Origin: an uncultured Bacteroidales bacterium
Lineage (GTDB): Bacteria; Bacteroidota; Bacteroidia; Bacteroidales; JAADJA01
Direction of reading: 5' to 3'
Length of the DNA: 64,000 nucleotides
Assembly: GCA_963705185.1 (NCBI GenBank)
Contig: CAVPJF010000004.1
Location: 26,966-90,965, forward strand
The notes below the pieces were generated by a model. It was not told the origin of the DNA, did no database searches, and saw nothing but the letters and a program-made list of their open reading frames with translations. A program made the translations under genes and the position numbers. Shown here piece after piece: positions 11,065 through 21,400 of the stretch; the stretch's first letter is position 1; each line of letters opens with the position of its first letter.

Positions 11065-11327
11065 ACTACTCAGTTGCATATTTTTCCCGCACTTGCCTGC
11101 GGCAGGCAGGGATAACGCAGATTATCGCTGATATTATCCCAAATTAAGCATTAGAAATGAAATGAGCTATTGATGCGTGCGATTGGATGTGCGATAGCAT
11201 TTGCCTTTGGCGAGGATTACGCATTCTATTGGGTAATCCGTGATTAATAGAAATTTTGTTTTCAGTCTATATTTTTCAGCGTTTATCTGCGTATTCAGCG
11301 GGAGATTTTTCAAACCGGGTGAGTAGT
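11065..11327. repeat. Large imperfect inverted-repeat element containing a GxxExxY-like coding remnant
   Basis: Outer arms ACTACTCA/TGAGTAGT; inner arms TCCCGC..GATAACGCAGATTATCGCTGA and TCAGCGTTTATCTGCGTATTCAGCGGGA. 11161..11199 translates NELLMRAIGCAIA. Confidence 0.6.
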
Positions 11328-11333
11328 TAAGAA

Positions 11334-12182
11334 TTATTCAATTTTTTGTTTTATCCGAACGGTATCATTAAAATAAACCAACTCCTTAAACCCGATTTCT
11401 TTCAATAATTTTAAAGCTTCATCATAATATCCGTTCAACTCTTGTGGCTGATGTGCATCAGAACTCAAAGTAACAGGAATTTTCAGATGATGAATTTGTT
11501 CAAGGATGGCAGGGCTGGGGAAAAAAGTATCGCTTCGCTTTTTGTACAATCCACTTGTATTCACTTCAACAATACAATTCGATTCAGAAGCAATATATTT
11601 AAGTGTTTTCCAGACAAGGTCTTTATACCATCCTTCCTCTTCTGAGAAGTAGCGGTTCTTATTGTGCATCTTTATCTTATCAAGGTGGGCGATGATGTCA
11701 GGCTTTTGTGTTGCCACCATTTCAATGATTTGGTTATAGTATGCTTCTACTCCATTTCGGATATGACCTTTGAATAGCTTTTGCAAACCATCATCATAGG
11801 TTTCCTGTTTTGATCCGTCAATGAACCACAATTTTTCTATTTCTTTATTCCTTACAAGATGAACGCCGCCAATGGTATAGTCAAGATTTCCTGCTTTTGA
11901 AAATTCAGAAAAACTCCGGGTTATCCCCGGAATAAAGTCTATTTCCAATGAAAGCAGGATGTTGATTTTGTCTTTATATTTCTCCCCAAGCGCCCGGATG
12001 GTGGAAAAATACTCCTCCATTTTGTCCTCCTTCAGGGAGAAATTATTTTCAAAAGGAACGGGTGCATGGCTTGAAAAACCCAGTGTATGATAACCCAATT
12101 CAATGGCTTGTTTTACATATTCTTCAGGTTCTTCTTTGCCATCGCAGAAATAAGAATGGGTATGCAGGTTGAATAAATTCAT
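11334..12182 (-). CDS. PHP-family histidinol-phosphatase-like phosphoesterase
   Basis: NLHTHSYFCDG, GFSSHAP, LEID, AHLDK, EVNT and SSDAH metal-binding motifs. Confidence 0.9.
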   Translation of the reverse strand: MNLFNLHTHSYFCDGKEEPEEYVKQAIELGYHTLGFSSHAPVPFENNFSLKEDKMEEYFSTIRALGEKYKDKINILLSLEIDFIPGITRSFSEFSKAGNLDYTIGGVHLVRNKEIEKLWFIDGSKQETYDDGLQKLFKGHIRNGVEAYYNQIIEMVATQKPDIIAHLDKIKMHNKNRYFSEEEGWYKDLVWKTLKYIASESNCIVEVNTSGLYKKRSDTFFPSPAILEQIHHLKIPVTLSSDAHQPQELNGYYDEALKLLKEIGFKELVYFNDTVRIKQKIE

Positions 12183-12187
12183 GTCTC

Positions 12188-13433
12188 TTAAAATTCTTCC
12201 GTATCTATTATCTTGTAAACCTTATCTCCCCGTCTGACCATATCTTTCACCGGAATAGAACACTGATCCCCCTTAATTGTTTTGGTCACATTTTTCAAAT
12301 CAACCCTGATCTCACTGATAACATCTTCATAAACACCGGTTGTCGGACCGATGATTTTAATTTCATCACCAATGTTCAGTTCCTGGGTTTCCATTTTTAT
12401 TTCAGCAACTTTAAGATTGTTGAAGAAATTGGTGACAAGCCCGACATATACTTTTTGCTTTGTTGCCAGCGATCCATGCTGACCGGTCCATTCGCCCATT
12501 TTCCTGCCCAGGTAATAGCCATCCCAGAAGCCGCGGTTGTAGACGGTTTCAAGTTTCAGGTTCCAGTGTTTCAGGTTTTCGTCGTTAAATGAACCATTAA
12601 AGTAAGCATCAACCGCATCACGGTAAACACTGCTTACGGTTTTCACATAGTCAGCCGACCTGCCGCGGCCTTCAATTTTAAGAACTCTAACTCCGGCTTT
12701 CAGGATTTTATCAAGAAAATCAAGGGTTTTCAAATCTTTGGGCGACATGATGTATTCATTATCCACAACCAGTTCAATTCCATCGTCATCAGTTACATGG
12801 TAAGGACGGCGGCATTGCTGCAGGCAGGCGCCACGGTTAGCGGAGGAATTCAGGTTATCAAGACTTAAATAGCATTTCCCTGAAACAGCCATGCACAATG
12901 CACCGTGTGCAAAAACCTCAATTTGTACCAGGTTTCCCGATGGGCCTTTGATTTGTTGTTCATCAATGGCTTTGGTTATTGCAGCAACTTGTTTCAGATT
13001 CAAGTTCACGCGCAGTCACCATTACATCAGCAAACTGTGACCAGAATTTAACGGCTCCGATATTCGTAATGTTGGTCTGAGTGCTCATGTGAACTTCCAT
13101 ACCGACACTTCTTGCATACTCTATCACTGCCAGGTCGGAAGCAATGATGGCGGTAATTTTGTTCTCTCTGGCTGCATCCACAATTTTTTTTACCTCTTCG
13201 ATTTCGTTGTCAAAGATCACAGTATTCAATGTGATGTAAGTCCTGAGATTGTGATTTTGAGCGATGTCAGAAATCTCCTTCAAGTCGGCAAGGGTAAAAT
13301 TTTTGCTCGATTTTGACCGCATGTTCAGATGTCCTATCCCAAAATATACCGAATCGGCTTTCCCTTGTATAGCTGCCATCAGCGACTCATACGATCCCAC
13401 CGGGGCCATTATTTCAATATCGGATGCTGTCAT
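12188..13433 (-). CDS. Peptidase U32-family protein (RNA hydroxylation-type); frameshift near 12995
   Basis: EIMAPVGS, ADSVYFG, HMSTQ, AREL, then EVFAHGALCMAVSGKCYLS, NRGACLQQCRR, SPKDL and KIEGR. TAATTTTG promoter at 13457..13464 on the - strand. Confidence 0.92.
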
Positions 13434-13601
13434 TTGCCTTGTTAATTTTATGGCTGCAAAATTAAGGTTTATCCAACTAAGTCATATTCTAATATTTATT
13501 CCATGGCCTTCCTTCATTAATGATGAAATTATTTTTTGGAAAGTCTAATTCTTTGATTGTTGAAGAGGAATCGAAAATATGCAATATCCGGCTAACAAAA
13601 A

Positions 13602-13646
13602 TGTAACTAACAATTTGGTTAGTTACAAAAATGTTACTTACTTTTG
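13602..13646. promoter_or_regulatory. Perfect 10-bp inverted repeat (putative operator) followed by -7 promoter element TACTTTTG
   Basis: TGTAACTAAC (13602..13611)-N6-GTTAGTTACA (13618..13627); TACTTTTG at 13639..13646. Confidence 0.6.
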
Positions 13647-13663
13647 TAGCAAAATTCTTTATT

Positions 13664-14794
13664 ATGGATACACCATTTGTTTTTGGGAAACTTGCAAGTG
13701 ATAAAAACTTTACCGATCGTGAAAAGGAGCGGGACCATTTAAAGCAAAATTTCATTTCAGGAATCAACACTATCCTCATTTCGCCCCGCAGATGGGGGAA
13801 ATCTTCATTGGTTCAAAAATCAGGGGAAGAAGCTATCGGGTCAGACAAAAACCTGAAAATAGTGAACATGGACCTGTTCAACATCAGAAGCGAAGAAGAA
13901 TTCTATAAAAACTTATTGGAAAAAGTAATGAAGGCTGTTTCGGGAAGAATGGAAGAACTGATTGAAAACACTAAAAACTTTATGAAACAATGGGTCCCGA
14001 AAATTACTTTTTCACCAGATGCCGTCCAGGAAATAAGTTTAGGGCTCGATTGGCATAAAGTGAAAAAACAACCTGATGAAATCCTTGACCTTGCCGAAGC
14101 CATTGCAACCAAAAAGGATTTGAAAATCGTAATTTGTATAGATGAGTTTCAGAATATTGCTTATTTTGAAGATCCCCTTGTATTTCAGAAAAAGATTCGA
14201 TCACACTGGCAACGACACAAAAAAACATCTTATTGTCTCTATGGAAGCAAGCGTCACATGTTGATGGAAGTCTTTGCATCGCCATCCATGCCGTTTTACA
14301 AGTTCGGCGACCTGATGTTCCTTGAAAAAATTTCTTCTGAAAACTGGCAACCTTTTATCGTCGGCCGTTTTAAGTCAACAGGTAAAAAGATACCGAAAAA
14401 ACTCGCCTTACGCATTGCCGAACTTATGGAGAATCATCCTTATTATGTCCAGCAATTAGCCCAGCTATGCTGGCTCCGAACTGAAAAAGAAACAAATGAT
14501 GCCATTATTGATGAATCACTTGATTCGCTGGTCATGCAGCTCAGTTTATTATTTCAAAGCCTTACCGAATCACTTAGCACAACTCAGGTTAATTTTTTAA
14601 AAGCCCTGTTAGATGGTGTAACCATGTTAAGTTCGAAGGAGACAATTGAAATATACACCCTGGGAACTTCAGCAAATGTGAACAGGATAAAAGGCGCATT
14701 GATCGGGCGGGAGATAATTGATGAGCACAGCGGAAAACTTACCATCCTTGACCCTGTCTATGCGATCTGGCTGAAAAGTTATTATTTCATTTAG
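13664..14794 (+). CDS. AAA+ ATPase (archaeal ATPase_2-type) with probable C-terminal winged helix
   Basis: MDTPFVFG...FTDREKE, Walker A SPRRWGKSS, Walker B CIDEFQ, GSKRHM and HPYYVQ. The ATG at 13664 is preferred over 13631 because the promoter element lies between them. Confidence 0.88.
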   Translation: MDTPFVFGKLASDKNFTDREKERDHLKQNFISGINTILISPRRWGKSSLVQKSGEEAIGSDKNLKIVNMDLFNIRSEEEFYKNLLEKVMKAVSGRMEELIENTKNFMKQWVPKITFSPDAVQEISLGLDWHKVKKQPDEILDLAEAIATKKDLKIVICIDEFQNIAYFEDPLVFQKKIRSHWQRHKKTSYCLYGSKRHMLMEVFASPSMPFYKFGDLMFLEKISSENWQPFIVGRFKSTGKKIPKKLALRIAELMENHPYYVQQLAQLCWLRTEKETNDAIIDESLDSLVMQLSLLFQSLTESLSTTQVNFLKALLDGVTMLSSKETIEIYTLGTSANVNRIKGALIGREIIDEHSGKLTILDPVYAIWLKSYYFI

Positions 14795-14963
14795 ACTTTA
14801 TGTAAGACTTTGTGAAAATTATGCAAAAAATCATTTTTTAATTATGGTGCTTACATTGTCGTATTTATGAGTTAAATATGTGCATACCAAAATGCTACAT
14901 TTGATAATATTAAAGTATTGATTTATTATTATCTTTACCATCCTTAACATCAATCCATAATCA

Positions 14964-15135
14964 ATGAAACTAAAAATAGTTTCTTAAGCATTCCTGCTCC
15001 TCATGGCAAGATAGGCTTCGGAACAAGTCAATTTCAGGGTAAAAAAACTAAATGCAGATAGCCTTATAGCCCTAATCCCCGTTAAAAAAGGTACTGAAAA
15101 AATTGATGACTTGATCCTGCTCTCCAACGTCACTA
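14964..15135 (+). pseudogene. Decayed 5' fragment of an exported (TPR/sensor-like) protein gene
   Basis: One frame from ATG 14964 reads MKLKIVS*AFLLLMAR*ASEQVNFRVKKLNADSLIALIPVKKGTEKIDDLILLSN: a signal-like start, two in-frame stops and no continuation. Confidence 0.4.
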
Positions 15136-15349
15136 AAAGAAAAAGCTGCATTTACTTGACTTCGCCTTCCCGTTGTCGTATCTTTATGCGCTAAATATAT
15201 TATTTCCAAATATTACTAAGATATCATGAAACCTTAAATCTTTATTTTTTTCTGATGCGCTCTTCATAAATACAAAGGTTTATGAATAACGCAATGCTTT
15301 TAACATAAAGAAACAGCCATGATAAAATTTAATTCTTTTAATCAATACC

Positions 15350-15430
15350 CCCGGATTACCGGCAGGTGTTTATTTCTGTGTGCTAAAACCAATGAAGTAT
15401 TTCAAACAACAATACCGATAAAACTAAATT
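15350..15430 (+). pseudogene. Orphan T9SS CTD tail remnant
   Basis: TTACCGGCAGGTGTTTATTTCTGTGTGCTAAAACCAATGAAG (LPAGVYFCVLK) matches the 3' end of the gene at 22589-22631. Confidence 0.75.
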
Positions 15431-15463
15431 ATTAATTAAAACTTTAAAAAAACGGAGGCTTTT

Positions 15464-18317
15464 ATGAAAACAAAATCAAACATCAATTTACTTTTTATGG
15501 GATTGATTGTGTTCACTTTTATTACGGTCAATTCCAGCGCCCAGCTCAACTGGGTAAAATACGAAGGCAACCCCATTATCGAGGGCAGCCTCCCTGAATG
15601 GGACGTTTGTAAATGGTCTCCGGTGGTGATCCATGAGGATGGTATTTTTAAAATGTGGTATGGCGGATATAATTGGGAAAATCTAACCTATCAGATCGGC
15701 TATGGCGTTTCAGAAGATGGAATAAATTGGAGTCTCAATGAAGATCCTGTCATTCCATCTGGCAACTGGGGTGCCTGGGACTATTGGAGGATGCCCGGTA
15801 CGGTGCTTCGAATCAATGATACCCTGCGGATGTGGTACGGTGCTTCAACTTATAACTGGGGTACTCATGCAATTGGATATGCATGGGCCGTTGAAGAAAA
15901 TGCATGGAATGTGCTTCCGGATCCCATAGTTGTAAAAGGGGAGCCGGGAACCTGGGACGATCAGCATGTAGATCACCCTAGGATTCATTATGATGGGGCA
16001 ATGTATCACATGTATTACACTGGATGGGGTGACTCTATTCAAATAGGCTATGCAACATCCACTGATGGCGTAAACTGGGATAAGGATTATGTGCATAGCC
16101 CGGTTATCTCACTCGGCGAAAACGGTTCTTTTTATGATGCAGCGTTAATTTCAAGCGGATTGGTTGCTTACAACGATACAATACGCATGTTTTTTACCGG
16201 TTATGATGGTACGACTACCTATCCTCCGGAGTATAGTTATTTCAGGGTCGGTTATGCCTGGTCAACCGATTACGTTAACTGGACTGTAGGAAATAATATG
16301 GAACCTGTTGTGGATGTTGGCGATCCCGGAGAATGGGACGACAGATGGGTGCGTGTACCCTGGGTGATGGTCCACGACGGAAGGCTGAAAATGTGGTATA
16401 CCGGGTACTCATTCTATGAACTCTGGAAAATTGGCTATGCATTGGGTGATTTTATAACGGGTCTGCCCCATATCATCCATGTGCCGGGCGATTATCCCAC
16501 AATCCAGCAAGGGATTGATGCAGCAAACAACGGCGATACCGTTCTGGTATCGGACGGTACGTATTACGAACAGATCAACTTCCTTGGCAAAAAGCCTCTG
16601 ATGGTGGCCAGTGAATTTCTTATGGACGGTGATACCAATCATATCGCCAGTACCATTATCGATGGAAGTCAGTTGACCAATTTGGACAGCGCTTCAGTGG
16701 TGTATTTCGTTTCAGATGAGGATACTACATCAATCCTCTGTGGATTCACCGTACGAAATGGAAAAGGAACATATACTACGGATAATAATAATGACCGGCA
16801 AGGTGGCGGTATATGGATTTCGAATGCAGGTGCAAAAATCATTCACAACAGGATCACCCACAATACAGTTGATGATACACAGCCAGGAAACGGAGAAAGT
16901 ACTTCCGGTGGAGGAATAGGGGCAAAATATGGTAGTATGGGTAACTACTGGATTGTGATTGCAGACAACACAATTGACAGCAATTCCTGCGTTTCAACGA
17001 ATGATTATGCTAAGGGAGGAGGAATATCCTTAAGTTATAACACCAGGATCATCCATAACATTATCTCCGATAACAGCGGTAGAGGCTACCAAAGCGCACA
17101 ACTGTGGGGCGGTGGAATTTATCTTGCAGGATGGCCCAATACTATTGCGATTATTGCAGAAAACGCCATCACCAACAACACTACGAAAGGACTGGTCAAT
17201 ACTTGTTCAGCCGGGGTGGAATGTGATAATGCGAAGGTTATATTTATAGACAATTTGGTTGCCGAGAATACAATAAAGCCTGGTGGTTCTGGTGGAGCTG
17301 CAGGATTTCTGTTATATCAGCCAAGGGCCGGGAGTGTAGTCAGTAGAAATATTTTCAGAGAGAATATAAGTAATGTTTGGATAGGCGGAGGAATGGTTGT
17401 TCAAACGAACTCAGCTTATGTCATCAATACTGTTCCTATTGAAAATAATTACTTTATTAATAATGTGGCACCCAGTGGCGGTGCATTTTGCATTTTAAGC
17501 AATCCGGTTTTATTACAGAATAATGTTTTCACAGATAATCAGGCAACAGGTTCCGGAGGGGCTTTATATCTCCATAATAATTTAAATCTGCAGATTGAAC
17601 ATTTTGCCATACTGATCAACAATTCATTTTATGATAATGATGCCAATGGCGCTGGCGGAGCAATATATTCATATTTAGCAAAGCCCCTTATCTTCAATTC
17701 AATCTTTTGGAACGACAGTGCTAATAACGGTCAGGAAATCTTTGTTGCTACAAATGATACAGTCGAAGTAGCGTACAGCAATATTAATGCTGATTATGTA
17801 AACGGCTATATGTACGATGGTGGCGGCAACATCAATGAAGACCCGTTATTTGAAGACCTTGAATTGTTAACTATTTCAGAAAACAGTCCATGCGTTAATA
17901 CAGGAACAGAAGAATATATTTGCCATTGCGGTAATTTACATTCTTGTCCGCATTATGATATAGTAGGTACTTATCGTCCACATGGACGGATATGTCGATA
18001 TGGGCGCTTATGAATTCGACTTTGGAACCGGGATCAAACCACATGCTTTTCAACAAGCCACAGATTGGCATTCTGTCTATCCCAATCCATTTACTGACCA
18101 GGCTGTTTTAAGCTATGAGCTTGACAGTAAAACCAAGGTAGAGATAAACCTTTACAATAGCAGTGGAGAACTGATACAAACATTGCTTTCTGAACAGCAG
18201 GAGGCAGGCAAACAAGAACTGCAATTCAGTTCCGGCAATTTACCGGTAGGAATTTATTTTTATCGCATCACAACCGATTCAAAACAGGCAACGGGTAGAA
18301 TGATTTTAATGAAATAA
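15464..18317 (+). CDS. T9SS cargo protein: five-bladed beta-propeller (GH32/43/130-like) + parallel beta-helix + CTD; frameshift near 17990
   Basis: Signal peptide; repeats of WD..P.V....G...M(W/Y)Y.G....IGYA.S.DG.NW; IHVPGDYPTIQQGIDAA..GDTVLV followed by GGG/N-rich beta-helix repeats; DMGAYE; CTD VYPNPF...YFYRI...GRMILMK. Confidence 0.85.
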
Positions 18318-18323
18318 ACCAAC

Positions 18324-18428
18324 CGTCATTGCGATCCCGCTTTTTAGCGGGAGAAGCAATCTGCCAAAATGATACACTGCGCATATCATACGGATTGCTT
18401 CGTCGCGAAAAGGCTCCTCGCAATGACG
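18324..18428. repeat. REP/MITE-like palindromic element
   Basis: Nested inverted repeats CGTCATTGCGA...GAAGCAATC...GATTGCTTC...TCGCAATGACG between the two T9SS genes. Confidence 0.8.
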
Positions 18429-18450
18429 ATAAAACATAAAAAATAAAACA

Positions 18451-21400
18451 ATGAAAAAATTAAAACTTTTTTGCTGCGGCCTTTTACTGGCCGCCATGGC
18501 ACAGGGACAGATCATCCATGTTCCCGCCGATTATCCCACGATCCAGCAAGGGATTGATGCAGCAACAAACGGCGATACCGTTTTGGTATCGGACGGTATG
18601 TATTATGAACAAATCAACTTCCTTGGCAAAAAGCCACTTATGGTGGCAAGTGAATTCCTTACGGACGGTGATACCAATCATATCGCCAATACGATTATCG
18701 ACGGAAGTCAGCTGACTAATTTGGACAGCGCTTCGGTGGTGTATTTTGTTTCAGGGGAGGATACTACATCCATACTCTGTGGATTCACCGTACGAAATGG
18801 AAAAGGAACCTATACTACGGATAACTATAATGACAGGCAAGGCGGCGGTATATGGATTTCGAACGCGGGTGCAAAAATCATTCACAACATGATCACCCAC
18901 AATACAGTTGATGATACACAGCCAGGAAACGGAGAAAGTACTTCCGGAGGAGGAATAGGGGCAAAATATGCTTATGGTAACTATTGGATCGTGATCGCTG
19001 AAAATACAATTGACAGCAATTCATGTATCTCAACGAATCAATATGCCAATGGGGGAGGAATCGCTTTAAGTTATAATACCAGGATCTTCAATAATATCAT
19101 TTCTCATAATAGCGCAATGGGTTATCAAAGCGCACAAGTCTGGGGTGGTGGAATGTTTATCTCGGCGGCTGGAGGGCCCACCTGTGTGGCAATTATTGAA
19201 GAAAACTCTATCACTAACAACTATACAAAAGGAGCTGGTGAAGCAAGTTCGGCTGGCGTGGAATGTGATAGAATGAGAACTAAGTTTTCAAACAATTTGG
19301 TCGCTAATAATACAATTAATCCAAGTGGTCACTAGTGGAGGCGCAGGATTTCTTTTATATCTTCCAAAAGACGGGAGTGCAGTCAAAGGAAATATTTTCA
19401 GAGAGAATGTTAATAGTTCTGAGGGGGGTTTAGGTGGAGGAATGCTCGTTCATTCTAGCTCAGGTGCGCTTATTACAGTACTTGTTGAAAATAATTACTT
19501 CATTAATAATTGGGCCCCCTCTGGGGGTGGATTTAGCATGTTGAGCAATCCGGTCTTATTACAGAATAATGTTTTCATAGGTAATCAGTCAATATCTACT
19601 GGAGGGGCTGTGTGGCTCAATGATTATTTAAATCTGCAATTTGAACATCTTGCCATACTGATCAACAATTCATTTTATAATAATACTGTCTCCAATTTAG
19701 GTGGAGCGATCTATTCAGAGAATGTAAAACCGCTGATATTCAATTCAATTTTTTGGAACGACAGTGCTGCCAATGGTTCAGAAATTTATTCAAATCTTCC
19801 CACCGACACAGTGGAAATTGGATTTAGCGCTATAGACTTAAATGCTATCCAGGGGGAAGGCTTTATCATCGACGGTTCGGGTAACATCAATGAAGACCCG
19901 TTATTTGAAGACCTTGAATTGTTGACTATTTCAGAAAATAGTCCATGCGTTAATACAGGAACAGAAGAATATATTTGCCATTGCGGAGTTTTGCATTCTC
20001 CACCGGTCTATGATATAGCAGGCAATCCTCGACCATTGAACGAAGATTATGACATGGGCGCATATGAAGAGCTCATGACACAGGGACAAATTCAGTTTCA
20101 GGGTCTAATAGCCGATAACGAAGGCGGAGCCGTATGGGATGCTGATGGTTCCGGGCCCGAACCCTATGGCAACGGTCATGGAGATTATGCTTATTACGTT
20201 GCTTCGCGCGATTATGTAAATTCTTCCAGTTCTGCCGGGAGTCATTTAACAAACATCGTGAGTGGTTTTCCTGAATTTGCCCAGGCGCTTGCTGATAATG
20301 GCTATACACCGGAACAGGTCAAATTTAAAGTCGGGCTGACATCCATGGGCGAAGACCAGGAAGGTGAGGATTGGTTTTCGTTTGGCGATGAACACTACAT
20401 TAATTTTTATTCCTTCGAAATCACCGTGCTACTTGATGGAGAACTTCTGTTAACGGGAACAACGGGTTACTGGTTATTCCATATCGGGCCCTCAACTTCG
20501 TGGGATTGGAATGTACAAACCAATTACTTTGTTCCTGTGAATGCATCCGACAGCAGTTCAACCGGAGTTCAGGCTGTGGCATCTGCTTTTTTGCAGGATG
20601 TTGGAGATGAAGAAGTGTTTTTAACATTTCAAACTGTGGGTAATTCACAGCCCTTATCAGGAAATGGAAGAAGCGGAGCCTATTGGAGCCTTACCGGTTC
20701 TATCCAAAAAGGCCTTCCGCAAATCCCCCTCCAGGGACTCTATGCCGATAATGAAGGAATTGCCGCCTGGGATGCGGATGGCACCGGACCAGAACCTTTT
20801 GGTGATGGCCACGAAGACTTTTTATACTACGCTTCATCAGTGGACTACGATAATATAAACCCGGGCCCGGATGCCTGCCTTGCTCATTTTCTGGACGGTT
20901 CAACAGGTTTTTTCAATACCATGCTGCAACTCGATTACCGCGGTTTCGGGATCGGGGATATGAAAATCAAGGAAAGTTTAGTAAGCCTCGGACCGGATGT
21001 TGAAGGTGAAGACTGGGGATTTGAAAATGGTCATGATTGGCTGAATTACTACAACAATGGTTTTATTATCGAACTCAATGGGGAGCCTATACTGGAGATT
21101 ATGCAGGATACCAATAAAATGGTGGAAATGACTTCTTACTGGGAATGTATCACTTCTGTGGCGAAAGTATATGATATTTCGGCAAATGCATCTCCTGAAG
21201 CACAGTTTGTAGCGCAATCGTTTATGAAGGATATGGGAACCCATTACCTGAAAACAGCAGCTTCCAGTATGACTTTTGCAGCTACGTTTACCGGGAATGG
21301 AAGAGATGGGGCATTTTATAACATTGTTGCAGGCGCTGTGACGGGTGTGCATGATAAAGCCACTTTTGTACCCGGCGGAGTAATAAGCGGTACCTGGACT

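Noticed and set aside
16472-19985. Near-identical repeats as a diversity-generating retroelement TR/VR pair
   Set aside because: There is no reverse transcriptase in the window, both copies are coding, and the differences are not confined to adenines.
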